A stretch of DNA of 63,799 nt, the filler included, from Choristocarpus tenellus KU-1152 (lineage: Eukaryota; Protista; Phaeophyceae), in assembly GCA_964200185.2 (NCBI GenBank). It is 10 parts of 10 records of this genome, joined end to end, with 100 filler letters (N's around TTAATTAATTAA, not from the genome) between each part and the next. Parts side by side here need not be neighbours in the genome. Positions count along the whole stretch, not along the records: positions 1 to 19,747 come from CAXNAD020000444.1; positions 19,848 to 36,220 come from CAXNAD020000836.1; 8 more parts are not named here. One strand, 5' to 3'. Under the pieces are notes generated by a model. It made no database searches. It was not told the DNA's origin and worked only from the letters and a program-made list of their open reading frames with translations. Below, in pieces: positions 13,001-26,662 of the stretch (its first letter is position 1; the number at the start of each line of letters is the position of its first letter). A program made the position numbers and the translations under genes.

Positions 13001-16000
13001 GGTTTTTTCCCTAATCAGTGTGGGGTTGTGGTTGATGGGGGCCTCTGATGTATTTTGGTTTCCCCATGCATTAGTGTATTAAGTATTCAGTACACTGCTT
13101 ACAACAAGGATGGGTGTGAACTAAATGGCACCTTAATGTAATGGAGATACTGTCCCAAACACATGCCACGTCTTATATTAGGACCTTTGGATTTTAAGTA
13201 TATTTTAAGAGAGCTCTATCGAATGCTCACTCACAAACCCAAATACAGGCTGCTCAAGTGTACTCAAGTATGTCAGGACAAGTTCCTGGTGGATCAGAGA
13301 CTCGATCTGGTATTCTGGTTTCCAATGGCAACCACCGCATGGTCAAGGTTAGCGCTACCTACCTGCCTATATTGATCTCATTTTCTGCGAGATGAGGGAA
13401 TAATTTCCCTGTTTTTTCCTCAACGCTGGGAACTTGTTCCTCCAGTGTGGTACTGTTTGTGATGTATCAGTCTATACTGCTAAAAAAAAGGTCTTCCTGA
13501 TTAGTGTTTGCCTTCAAGTGCTTGATGTTATCCTCACATTTAACCTTATTGAATCATTAGGTGGAGGCTTCAGACAAGGTTCTGTGTGGTCTTCCTGAGG
13601 AGGATCTACATAGCCAGGAGTGCCTTGGAGGTACCCATACCTCTGGTGTGATGCACATTCGTCAACATCCACCTCATCCAATGTCCCCACCACTCCATCA
13701 GCCGTCGCGGCAATCAGGACATCGTACACGTTCTGTGGGGTCAGGTTTGAATGGGGGTGGGGGGGAGGGAGGGATGGGAGCTCTGCTGGGATTTTCAAGT
13801 CAACTGCGTCCACCACGGGTGAGTTTTGTCTGTTGCTGGATTCAAGGCCTCTTTTAGAGATACAGTTAAACGTTCAAGGAATGTCTCCAGAATTGTTGAG
13901 TACTGTGTTGAGTACTGTGAAAAACTTAAATTATATTAAATCATTAATCCACGCAAATGTGCAGTAATAGAACATGTCAAGATCACTCAACATCAACAAT
14001 CAGTCTGCCAGTGGATACAAACATTTTAGGTATCTGCATAAATTTGTAAAGTTGAGAGTTGTGTGAGTCGTATTGATGAAGATTTATAGTATCCTTTATT
14101 GATGTTGATTGCTGTGTTTCTTTGAATGTTTCTTTGAAAGATGATGTGTTGGTCATCCCCCAGTGGTGATTTGTAAATATCACCTCCGTGGATGGACAAG
14201 AGATCAATTCCTACCAGTAGTATGTAATTATAAGTAGGTGAGATGAGATTTATGTTCCTGTTGTGAGTTGTGCAATAATTTGACACATTAAAAGGACACT
14301 GTACATTTTGTGAACAGTGGTGAATGGAGTGGTAAAGAAAGTCAAGTTGCAGATAATTTGTACTCCAATACAAATCAGGCATCTTGAGTTTTCAGGTGTC
14401 TATAATTTTTCCGCTATAGTGTGGTTTGGTGTATATATTCAAATGCCAAAGTAGCAGCTTTTGAATTTTCTTGTTTTATGTGATAAAAAAGATGAATAAT
14501 TTTCGGATTAATTTGTGGATTATCCCTATAAACTACAGCAATAGGACCATACTAGAAAGGAGTAAAATGTTAGTTCCGCATTGGCAGCACAGCATCTGCG
14601 TTAGGGTTAGGGTTATAGGGTTAAGATTTCTAGCAATGATGCACAAGGTCGATTCTTCGTGGTAAACAGTTGGTCTGCTTGGTGGTTTGTGGTATGTTTC
14701 TGTGGTCCCAACAAATGTTGAATATTTTTATTTGACCTTGAATTGGCGTTGAAAGACATGGGTGTGAGTTGTTTTGTGACCTTGGCAGGCGGAAATATGT
14801 TCTATCACCTGCCAAATCTATTTACTGCTATGGAACCTTGAACCCAAAAATATAACCACCCTTCTGGTGTATGTAGCTACTGCAAGTGTCAATATTTGTG
14901 CATCCCAGGACCCATTGACAGAATACCCTCTAAGGTCTTAACCCCAGCAGGGTAAAGCTCTTGGGTGTGCTGGAGTAGATTCAGATTGCTACAGAACGCC
15001 CGGGATGAAAAGTCTCATCATCTCATGGTAAGAATGTCCCAATTGACTGTAATCCATTATCGATTTGCCAGGTTATGTTATCATCACATTCAAGGACTCA
15101 CTAATATACAGTTTGCAGCCCTCGCTTTCAGTTTGAACTAGGTATTCACATGGGTCGTGGTGAGCTCATGTTGATTACTCTGTGGTGGATAAGATGCCCT
15201 CATCGATGCCATTCCTCGCTTCAAATGTCACAACTCCATTCCTCAGATTGACACAAACCCTTTGCTGAAGAGGGAAACTGGTGGCAACACCAGCCTGTCC
15301 CAGCTACTGCTTACAAGTCCGTTCAATTCCAGTGATAACCGCTTTATATCACATGAAGGAACTGCTGTGGCAGGGTCAGGCGATGTAGCAATGGATTCTA
15401 CTACAGGCCAGGTCTGTTTTGTCCTACAGTTAATCCATCTAGTTTCTTCTGAAATTGGGTGCCACACTAAACTTCTTTTTGTCTTGAAATGCAATGTAAT
15501 ACATGAACATCCCCTTCCCTCAATACAGTTTCTAACAAGGATCATGTTCTCTCATATTAAATAGTCTCTCTTACTCCACTTATCTTGCACTAAAGGGTTC
15601 ATACGGAGGAGTGCCAGAGTCGCCTGTATCTCAGGCAGTACGTGAAACTAGACGTCAAGGGACGCGAATGCAAGAGGGGGAGCAGGTAATATGACTGGAT
15701 GGATTTTATTCTATGTCCTTGACCTAAGTTTCATCAAGACTCTTCCAGAAATTTTGCCTCAAATTCTCCAGAAAAATAGAAAAACACCATTTTTTTCCCT
15801 GTCTCCCAATGCAGTATTAATGTTACAGCTCAGAACTTTCCATCCTACTTTTGATATCTGGTTCTAGTGTACATTTAATTGAAACTAAATATCCACTTCA
15901 ACTTTAGTGTTAGTAACAACGTAAGACCCAAGAAGCAAAATATCAAAGATATTGATGACACTGTTTTTTTTATCTTGTGAAAGCAAGAGCAAGAAAGTTT

Positions 16001-19000
16001 TCACAATCTTTTCGGAGTCAAACAAACCTAAGTTATGGAACACCATGCTGCACATGATAATAGCACAGGATATTTCAAGCTTCATACTTTTCGCAATACC
16101 TTTGAACTTTTGGTTGGATGGAGACTCTTTGGGAACTGAATCCCCGCCTCTAAGCACCCCACAGTTGTCATCTTGCACAAGTCTAGCGTAATTTCCTGTG
16201 GATCCAGTATAATTTTGTATGGAATGAATTTATCTCTTGGTGAGCTTGTCTTCTGTCAAAAAGCCTAAAATCACTGGTGTGTTTGGATCATAGTGTCAAC
16301 GAAATTGAACTTTTGACTATTGTCATTTGTGTTCAAGACATTTGGGGAGGATATATCCTCTGATTGATCCTTGACCAACATTCTTCCTCTGCTGGCTTGC
16401 ATTGCAAGGTACCCCTCGCTGTTTTGCCATTCTTTAGATTCTTGAGCGAGGAGGCAAAGCGCAACGTCATGCAACAGCTCATCGACAATTTCCAGGCGAC
16501 ATCCATGATGGGTCATGCAGATGAAAGTGCTCCGTTGCAGGCTTCATTGCCAACTCCAGCTAGTGCTGCTACCTCAACAGCTTCTTCACCAAGTGGTCTG
16601 GCTTTCATGCGATCACCTTCTTTTGCAGCGGTAAGGATAGGATGTGGCGATGATGAAGGGATGATGAGGGGATGATGAAAGAGGGTAATTAAAAGGGGTC
16701 CCAATAATGTTGTAGATAGGAAGGAGTCACCTGCACATTACGATGTTGCTGTATGTTGACCTTGCTTGTGTATTGGGGCACCAAGTTCACTGGATGAACA
16801 TAAATGTGATCTTGATAAGGTGCAGCATGCTTTTATAGTCTTACTAGTAGATTAGTGTTATTATTGATGTACACCAATGCACATTAGAGTGATGAGAGAC
16901 TGAAAGTTAGATTTAGAGTGCAATCAGTTCAGACCATTTTAATATTGCAATGCTACACCTTGATGAAAAAATTGTCATTATGATCCGATACATTGTATGC
17001 TCTCATCTAAAAGAATGTTTTTGTTCATTAAAAGAAATTTTCAGATAATACAGAATACACTCTAACACCAGTTCAGTCAATTGCATAGCTTGCTGCCTTG
17101 GTAATGGTACAATGTTTGTAAGTAATGGTCAGTACTAACTTCTTTATCTATGATGCTATGACATAACCTTGTGAGAAGGTGTAGAGCTTACAGTATAGCA
17201 GCAGCAATCACGATAATAATCCGAATTTTTGACAGTTAACATGTGTTTTCAATACATTTGAATATGATCTGTTGGGTGTCCTTTTGACAATAGTTGTGTA
17301 TCCATCACATTAATCTCCTGTAGTGCATATTGCTTGTGTTAAATTTGGATCATTTACGATTTGTGCAGTCTTGTATTGATCAGATTTGAGTCTAGTGGTC
17401 CGACACAACCCTACATTGCATACAATTCTGCTGGTTGAACAACATGTCATACTGTCACCTGTTGATGCTAGCATGAAAGTGCATCAGGTGGAGTAAACAG
17501 TGGGGTTGGAGGAGGAGGACAAAGGGAGAGGGATAGAGTTTATGGAGTCAATGGCGGTCATGGGCAGGTAAGATTGCCTTGTTCATAGCCACAGCTGAGA
17601 GCTTGAAAGGTATCTTGGGAAGGATTTGCATAACTTGTCAGAGTGAAAGTGCTGGGAGTGTATCATAGTAACATAAAATTTGGTGTTTGATTGTTGCTTT
17701 TAAAATTGAGTTTGAGATGTGAGAGCATATACTTTTCCTGCATCTACACCCACCAGTATATACCTTAGGTATTCTGTTTGGGGTAGGAATAGAAGTTTTG
17801 GATATTTTGGGGAGGGTCGACCATTGGATTTTGGAGGAAGAGAAAAATTGTTCCACAGTAGTGAACAAATTCCCGTTCCTTGTGCTTTGAAGGAAAGTAG
17901 TAGAATATTTCCTGTAGGTGAAGTGAAGTATGATGTGACCAAAAGAAGTAAATGGGTAGAGTATATGTACACTCTTGGATATGTCCAAGGGACTTTTTTT
18001 TGTGAAGTATGGAAATGGTTAGTTGGATCAGAGATCCCCAATCATATCAAAACAAATTGACATTTTTTTTTCGTTGACTTTCTCAATATCAAAACTCTCA
18101 ATCTCAAAACTCTGTGACAAGTAAAGAAACCTATGGAGTCAAAGCATTTAAGAGTAGTAGGGCCGTGTTTATTTTGGATCATAAATATACCGGTACGATT
18201 ATGATGTAATTTTGGCTATTGTGTTTGTTAGCGAGTGTCGATATCCTTGCTTCTGGTCACACCTTTCATAGTCATACACATTTTAGGTAACTGTGTTCAC
18301 ACAGAAGCGAAAAAAGGGCACAAAAAACCCATGGGAAGCCAAGCCCTGAACAGACAAACAGGGCAAAATTCCTACCCCTTTTGAATGCTTTGGGTCGTAC
18401 TATAAACTCCTGCAATTCAGAAATGTTGATAGGTGAACATTGATTTTCAAAAATATCATATGCGGACACTGGGTCTTAGTTGTTTAGTGGTGTCACATTT
18501 ATCTATAATCCATGTCAAAAACCTGACCTTACATACAAACTGCATTCTCATATTGAATTTACTTTGAATGCCTTCAGCTCCCTTTCTCTTGTGTACAATT
18601 CAACTGAATTTGTTTTTCCTCAATTTGATATTTGTGTGTTTTTATTTTTTACACGTATCCCCTCTTCAAAATTGTTCTACAGTCTGAACAGAACAGAAAA
18701 GGCATCTGACACCCTTTCCTTTCTTGAAACCAGGACCAACAAGGAGTTACAACACTGTCGTCATCACCAGCTCTGACGCCAAGATCCTTTTTGGCTGTGG
18801 CAGACATGATGAGTGCACCTTCTCCAAAGGATGTTGGATCAGATCCAATGACTGTGGATCCTGTGAGATTGGGCGCTAGTGGAGGTGGAACTAAACCCTC
18901 TTTAGCAGCAAGTGCAGTTGCTGCTGTTGCTGCAGCTACTGCTGTTGCTGTACCATCAGTGGGCGGGCGTTCCATTAATCGAGGGATATCTGCTGGTCCC

Positions 19001-19644
19001 CCTCTTCATAGGGTCGGCTCTGCACCAATGCTTTCTGGTACTGAACTGTCTTCAGTGCTCAGCCCTGAGCAGAGGCATCCACCCAAGGAGAGGAGAGATA
19101 GTCTCTTGCCACCGCGCCCAACAGGACCCCGCCAGGTAAATATGTTGAAAATATTAATGACTTCAACTGGTGGAAGCAAAGCAGAAATTGCTTTAGGTAC
19201 TGCATTGAGGTGCAATTGTGATCTACCTCAGTGTTTTGGTACTGACTATATACCTTCCCTTGTTGACCCTTTCAGATGTCTTCAACACCCCTTCCACAAG
19301 CGTCGAATGATGGCAACAACAGCAGTGGCAACCATGACATGTTCGGTATTGCCAAGGGCCCCAACAGTCACTTTCCTTTGATAAAGAACAGCATCTCTTC
19401 AGAGATGGGAACTCATCCCCACTCAAGTGCTGTGGATATCCGCCAGAACGGTCTCTCAGGTAGTGTGGCTCCCAGAAACCGTGATGGTCGGAACCACACC
19501 TCTCCACGTACCCATATGCGCCACTCCAGTGATTCATCATTACCATTGGCAGCTGCTGCGGCAGCAGCAGCTTCTGAGCTTGGGACAGAGCCAATGGAAG
19601 TGGAGCGAGGGGCAGGTGTGTTGAGGCGCTCACCATCACGGTGA
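7047..19644 (+). CDS. MYB3R: R1R2R3-MYB transcription factor, ~16 exons (7047-7382, 8552-8647, 9102-9205, 9362-9461, 9957-10097, 11899-12054, 12232-12327, 12628-12891, 13249-13347, 13561-13818, 15247-15411, 15596-15685, 16409-16630, 17472-17567, 18734-19135, 19276-19644), ~1000 aa
   Basis: Three MYB repeats: KWTKEED...[18 protein letters not shown]; KGPWTENED...[19 protein letters not shown]; KGEWTSDED...[25 protein letters not shown]. The start codon and C-terminal low-complexity exons rest on splice sites and frame only. Confidence 0.88.
9536..9565. repeat. Tandem repeat (ATATCATGCA)x3 in a MYB intron
   Basis: Read directly from the sequence. Confidence 0.8.
18136..18396. mobile_element. 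Degenerate MITE, family A' (AAAGCATTTAAGAG-type ends), in a MYB intron
   Basis: Shares internal blocks (TTTTGGCTATTGTGTTTGTTAG, CCCATGGGAAGCCAAGCCC, GACAAACAGGGCAAAA) with family A copies. No clear TSD. Confidence 0.75.
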
Positions 19645-19747
19645 AATAGGCACTCCAGGTGTAGGAAAACGTTTTGGGCAAAAACTGGTTGGTTGAGTAC
19701 AAGTATAGATACACCCATGGTACACTACAGTGGTGATACATGACACT

Positions 19748-19847
19748 NNNNNNNNNNNNNNNNNNNNNNNNNNNNNNNNNNNNNNNNNNNNTTAATTAAT
19801 TAANNNNNNNNNNNNNNNNNNNNNNNNNNNNNNNNNNNNNNNNNNNN
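19748..19847. other. Artificial contig linker
   Basis: N44-TTAATTAATTAA-N44, with stops in all six frames. Confidence 0.98.
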
Positions 19848-20109
19848 GTACTCACGCCGACAGTCAAAAGAGGGGATGGATCAACCATACAAAGAAGTAA
19901 CAAGAGACAAGAAGAAACGTGAAAAACAAGACAAGGGTAAATCTAAAACCACGGGCCAACCTGAAACGGCACCGGGTTCGAGCACGACACATTCAATCCG
20001 TTCATCTTACCAAAATATAATAGTGGTTTCCCCCTGACACATCTGCAAAATGTCAGAGGGCATAATAATAAAATAATAGGAAAAGCAAAAGCAGACTCAT
20101 GATAAATAA

Positions 20110-20182
20110 TTCTGACATCAACGGGGTTTGAACTCACCAATTACTTTGTGGCACTACCCTACCCGCTAACCAATAACCTGCG
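20110..20182 (-). mobile_element. Possible decayed tRNA-derived SINE head
   Basis: The minus strand has an A-box-like TGGTTAGCGG followed by a B-box-like GAGTTCAAACCC. It forms no complete cloverleaf and is single-copy here. Confidence 0.25.
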
Positions 20183-21424
20183 AATGAATGTATGAAGACC
20201 TATGTCTGACGTACCTGATGACGATGTACTATCTAACAATATGCGAAATCTTGGGTGTTTCATTTACCTCGTTTCTTCTTGGTTCCGTTTTGTAGTCTGG
20301 TTCTGGACTGAATTGGGATCTTTCCCTTCACTTATTTTTCATTTTTCTCTTTCACTACTTTTTTCTCTCTAAAAATAATGTTCAAATACTACTTTTTTTT
20401 ATCCTTTTTTTTGTATGATATCTCCTACATTGTATATCAGTTACATGTTTTCATGGTCGCTAACATGTTGGAGGGACTGTGCTGTGTAAGAAAAGCAAGA
20501 AATAGAAAGAGGGAGAAGGCAACAAACATAACTATATACAATAGAGAAGAAGAAGAAACAACCACCGCATTCAGATGCGTTAACTTGCCTATGAAACAAT
20601 GAACAAGAAACCAGAAGAAGTACTATGAAGAAGGTGGGTGAGACTCAAGGAAGAATCCCATGAATCTGTCAAGTCTCTCTTTTCTCCTACCCCATCAATG
20701 TGGACTGTCTAATTCTAAAACACAGAATGCTTGTGGAGATAGCCAGTTGTTGGGTAGTGACAAAAATAAATAAATTGTATCTCTAATCATATACATTGTT
20801 GTTGGTTTCTTCTCGCGACCTTTCGCCCATATGTGGTCTGTGAACTGTCTTTGATTATAGTGTTCTTTCCTTCTCTATGAAATCGCATCAGAAATATTTT
20901 GTTTGTTCTGCAATAGAATTAACCTGTACCTATAGAAAATATATTGAAACTGTGTAGTAACAATTCGATGACCAATAAAATATATTGAACAAGTATATTT
21001 TTCATGGCTAAGTCTACAATCCCAAACTAAAACGCGCAGTGATAGTGACAGTATACCATGTTCTGTCTAGTCAAAAAGTGGTCTGTACGAAGTTGTTCCC
21101 AATAAGCACGTAACTCAATCTACAAAGTTGAAGTTTTTTTTTCCAATGACCAATACTTCAATACTTCCAACTTTTTAAGAAGCAAGAATCGAAAAAAGAG
21201 CCACCACTTACTTCTTTCCTTCTTTTTTTCTTTTGGGTTTCTCTCTTTCTCCGACCAATTCTATTGCGGAGGTCAAATCTGATCTCTGAACTCTCCTAGA
21301 TTCCATCCCAACCCACACAACCAACATATCATCTTTGCATGCCTATTGTGTTGTATTGGGATTGCTTTCCTATCCTCTTGTGCTAATTTGCACTCGCCTT
21401 GCCTTATCTATCTGAATCGAAGGC

Positions 21425-23316
21425 ATGGTTTTCCCTTCCGAATCCAAGATTGACACGGTGGAAGACGATGAGCGATCAGCGGCCTTTCTCGTTGCTTGCT
21501 GTAACCACAACCTGCAGAGCGCATCAACTATCCTGAAGGATGTGGGCAACGAGTCAACGTCAAAGGGAGTCTTCCTAGTGCAATCCGAAGATGAAATGAA
21601 AGACACACCGCTCCACCTTGCTGCATCGGCAGGAGATGTCGGCATTGTTGAATTACTGTTGAGGAACGGTGCCAAGGTGAATGTGGAGGACAATCTTGGG
21701 AGTACCCCGCTCAACCGCGCTGCAGTAGCGGGGCATCTTCAGGTGAGGCATGCCGCCCCGCCTCTTAGACTCTCCCCATGAAGATTGACAAGTAATGCGA
21801 CAGGTTGACTTAATCTCTAGACCTGAGTTAAACAGACAAGAGTTCATACTGCTCAACACCACAATTCCCCAGTACATGTGGCATCTACTCCTGGTCCTAG
21901 AATAATCAACAATGAGATGATAAAACAATCTAGTCATAATCAAGTGGATTTTTCCGTTTTCACCCGAAATCTCACTACATGAGCGTGTCCTTCTCTGTAT
22001 TATTAGGTCCTGGCGATTTTGCTAGACCACGGTTCTGATCCCGAACACCTCGATGACATCTCCGGCACAGCACTCCATGCTGCCGCACGACGAAACCACT
22101 CTTCATGTTGCAAACTCTTGCTGAGTCGTGGGGCCGATGCTGATGTCTCAAATGGAATTGGCAACCGACCTCTGCATATGGCAGCTGCGGAGGGGGGCAT
22201 GTCAGCCTTGGAGGTGACAATGAAGCTGGTTGTGCATCCCTCCCTTACTCAAGATAGCCCATCATCACAATGTTATCATACCTCTGTCGATATTTTACAT
22301 AGTCTTGAAGAGAAAAGATGTACAGAGCTTCTCCTGGAGTTCTCTTCCTGGCGACCTCATTCTCAATTCACTTTTTTTTTTTGTCTCACTTCTGATTCCA
22401 GACCACTACTTGCCAGCCCAAGTTCAATTGTGTGTAAGCCGGATTGAGATTCTACTTCCATTTTCTGTGTTAAATCTGAATGCTTCTTGCTCGTTTACTC
22501 GATCTTTCCTACTTTTGTTGTCGCATCCCCTTACACTATGTTACATTGCAGTGGAATAATGCGCACTCCATTGATGGGAATGGTTTGTTATGGATCTGCA
22601 GATTTGCACCTACTTTTGTGTAGTGGTGTATATTTGTGTATATCATATTTGACTCTTGAACTTCAGACGAAAAACTATACATGACTGTGTAAGGCCCAGG
22701 AGATGTGGTATGTGAGTAGGTGCCCTCCCTACTAATATGCATTGGCATCCCCCATTGGAAAAATTTGCAGGCATCACCCCAGCCTGATCGTCAGATTTAC
22801 ATTGGTGGTAGACTTAAGAGTCTATATCTCCCCATTCACTGCACCTTGCTAGGTGGTATTTGAACTCTGGCACCGTATATCAAGTTGGAATGCTGCTTAC
22901 ATGTTGACATTGTCTGAGGTGCCATGTATGTGATACAGTAGAGCAGTATTGCACTATAATAATACTTTGCCTGAAAGTTGGGTTGGGGTCTAGTTTCAAT
23001 TTTTCAACCATTTTTTTTTTAATTTGCAGGCGTTTTGTCCTGTCTTGTGTGGTATCTTAAGCAATAGCGATCCTCAAGAATTGACCAGTGATACATAGCT
23101 TACGCCCTTTTGCTCATGTCTTACTCTGTGCATCCCCTCACCCCCTTCCGACAACACATCACCTATCAGGTTTTGGTTCATGGTGGCGCTGATGTCCATG
23201 CTCATAATAAGCGGGGCCTATCCCCTTTAGACCTGGCTAGAGCCAGTTGGATTGGACCAGATGCACAGGAGAAAATAGCGAAGTTGCTGGCGAGTGGAGA
23301 AAAAGATCAGTCATAA
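21425..23316 (+). CDS. Ankyrin-repeat protein, 3 exons (21425-21742, 22007-22213, 23170-23316), ~223 aa
   Basis: Ankyrin motifs DTPLHLAA, GSTPLNRAA, GTALHAAA, GNRPLHMAA and GLSPLDLA, joined by phase-0 GT-AG introns. Confidence 0.9.
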
Positions 23317-26300
23317 ACTGCTGTCTGAGGTTTCCACCCAACCAGGTGGAATCAACTATTTTCTGGTCTGATTGTCTCTCACTATTTCCAGTTTTCAGGA
23401 GGTGTACATGACTAAAGGAAAATACCTGGTTGTAGAACCAGTGCTGGGTGTTGGCATATGATGATGAAAGTAATGAGAAGCTAACTGCTGAACTTGGCCT
23501 TGCGCTTTGATTTTGGGGGGGTTGAAATTGATGATGAGTGATTGTATTCTTTGTTCGGTGTGGTATGGGTGGGTGTATAATTAGGGTCGGGCAAGGAGTG
23601 TGTCCTCATTATAAGTGATTTGTGATTTGTGTTTGTACTGCCTTCCAATACTTGTACAGAACAGTATACAGTTGTTTAAGTTGTAGATACATAAGAAGGT
23701 GATATTTATGGGTACGGGAGTACAGCTGTTGGCCCTGACTACAGTAGAGGCCTGTTGTTAAGGAGGAACACAATTATATACCACGTCCATTTGTGACTGG
23801 TTGTTCACGTAAAATGGCTTCCCTGCTTTCGAAAAGGAGCTGTCATAGCCTTCATCTGAAATGCTACTCTGGAATACCTTGAATGTTCCATATGAGTTCA
23901 TTGCATGAGTCGGGGGGTTCACATAAGAAGAGACGCAGGTTACGTAGTGTGGGGGATGTGTGGCGGGGGTTATATCACCAATGATCAAGGAGGATGTGGG
24001 ATATTCATGGTGGGGAAGGGGCGGGGGAGAGGATTTGAAGAAGGTACAGATGCATTAGAAAGGAAGAGGTGCTAATGCGCTTGCCTGGTGCCTTTTGTCG
24101 CTACTAATATCATAGTGGTGGACACTGTTGATAAAAAGGGGGCTTGTCTCTGTTGTAGCTGTTTGACAAAGAGTGAGGTGATGACAGTCAAGGTTTTCAA
24201 GTTGGGTTTGGAGGGGGGAAGACAAAAAAGAACGGCAGCGGAGCAATGATATGTTCTGGAATGATGTGTCTCGATCCATCTATCAGTAGCAATTGTGTGT
24301 TCAGAGACATTTTATCGGCATTGTGGATGTACTTCATTCACTTGTGGGCAGTACAGTGCCCCTCCCTCCCCCTTCTCTTCTTGTCTAGCATGTGGGGGTG
24401 AGAGACACCTACCTGTTTTGAGAGAATTTGCTTATCTTTGTATTGTTTGGTGGTTTGAATTTTAGCGTAAGACAGCTATTGACTTGACACAGCCGGTGGG
24501 TGTGGCCTGCTCACAAATATCCCCAATGGAAGTAAGAAATGTAGAAAAGATCGCGAGTTTTTTGGCTTTTCAGGTGTAGATAAAGAGTAGTTACTTTGAA
24601 GTATTGTTTTGGGAGGCGTAGGTACAAAAAAGTCAAACTTCATGGGTTTTTTTTTTTGGGGGGGGGCAGGAAGTGGCATTCTTCGAATCAAGATGGCTGT
24701 ATTCCAATGTCCACTGTAGGTCCACAACCCACAGAAAATGTGGGGGTAGGGAGTATATTCGGTAGATATCTAGGAGTGCCAACAATTCAGAACAGAGAAA
24801 GAATGGGGAATAGAGTGATGGAGATGCACCATCTATTGCACTGTTGAGAGTCCAATTCAAGAAATTAGTTTCCTGAGGGTTATTATCAGATATCAAACTG
24901 ATTCAATGAACATCATTGACACTTAAGCACCAACAGTCTAAATACTAGAGCTCTGCTGGCACCTTCAACATGTCAACTACCTTTTTACTGGGGAAATTTA
25001 TTTGATGATGCCCTTGCATATGAAAGTGGATGGTACTGGAAATTGTGTCTCACCTGCTCAGGTAACATGATGGAGAGCACCGAGTCGCTGCCATTCTTCC
25101 ATAACACTATGTCTGTTCCCTGAGTCAAGGCAACATTATCAAGACGTACGATTCATTGGTTGAATTACATCCATTTCATTTCAATATTCTAAGACCTGCG
25201 GTCAGACGTAACATAAGAGAAGAGCAGAAGGTATCGAAACCTGAAACTAGTGTTGAAAATATTCTTACAAGGATAAACGTTTTCTTGTAGCGCTAGAAAA
25301 CTTTTTTTCTCTTGGTTAATTCAAGTTACCCATCAATTGACGCCTCCGGGAGTGGCCAGGTCCACTCAAGGCATATAGTACCAGTAGGATATAGGTGAGG
25401 TGTGTGAGAATTAAGTGTGAGAGGTACAACTGATTTGACCTTGACATGCGAGGGACTTAAGTGTCAATGGTAGTGGTGTGGGAGAGGTGGGATGTGTACC
25501 CTTTTGTTCTATGATATATGGATGATAAGCATCTCACTGCTGTCAAAGTTGAGGTACTGCAGCTTGTTCTCGACCCTTTGTGACTCCCTGCAGAACAGAT
25601 GTGTTGCAGGTTTGGCGTCCTGTGTGTACAACTGTGGGTTGTGTAATAAAAGTGCACTAATAATAATATTATTACTGAAGTAGTAGTAATGGGATAATAC
25701 TATTCATTTCAAAACATGAGACACTAGGTATTTGCCATACATACAAGACCAGAGATCAGCCACAAGCAATGCAGGGCTGGTTGTTAGAACCAGCACAAGG
25801 ATGAGCTGACGAAAGATTCTTGAAAGAGATGGAGCACACTTGTGAGACCAAGAGGCAGTATCATACCCAATATGTGAACGCATGAAGTGTAACATAACAA
25901 GCAGATGAGCATTATGGTGAGGTCCTAGTAACAGTGATTAATTAGAGCCAGTTGGAGCTGGCCCAACCAATGGGTGTTGGGTTTGCTAAAACAAATTCAT
26001 TAACGATCCTTACCCTATATTGTATAACCTACAACCCTATCTTTGAAAAAACAAATAGCAAGAGTTTGCGCAAGGACACAAGCGAGAGCACATGTGAAGG
26101 GTGAGAGCCTCCCATAGTGGTGTTGTACAGATGGACAAAAACGTAGATATATCCAGACGAAAGGGACAGAAACCACCCGGTTTTGAACAGTACATATATG
26201 TGTGGCCCCCAGTCCTTAAAAACATTACTTTGCTCCAATATTGCTCGCATCAATGCCACAGTGCCAGGTCTGGGTCCTGCTCCGCATCCACAGGTGGAGG

Positions 26301-26662
26301 TAGGTGTGTGTACTTTGTAGGACATTATTGGTTGGTCCCAAGTATTAACATCCATACTACGTGTGTGTTTCCGATGAGTAGTTGATTCTGCGCAACTAAG
26401 CCACACAGAAGGACTCACAAATAAACACTTCAGAACAAATCCATCATAAAGTGAACTGATGGAGTATCATTACACATCAAGTGCCTTTATCAACCTGGCT
26501 CCCCACCCCCTTTTTCCCACTCCCCTTTAAAAAGAGAGGGCAGGGTGGTGGATGAGATTGTCGGCAACATCCTTCGATTCCACTTTGTATTGGTAGAGGC
26601 AAGTGATACCTGTCTCATTACAAATGTCAGCACATTTGTAATGTCACTTTAAGTTTGGTTGA

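Noticed and set aside
19792-19803. Recurrent TTAATTAATTAA as a biological repeat or CRISPR-like array
   Set aside because: It is always centred in N padding and gives six-frame stops, so it is a synthetic linker.
20110-20182. Functional tRNA gene
   Set aside because: A- and B-box-like motifs are present, but there is no acceptor or anticodon stem. Kept only as a low-confidence SINE relic.
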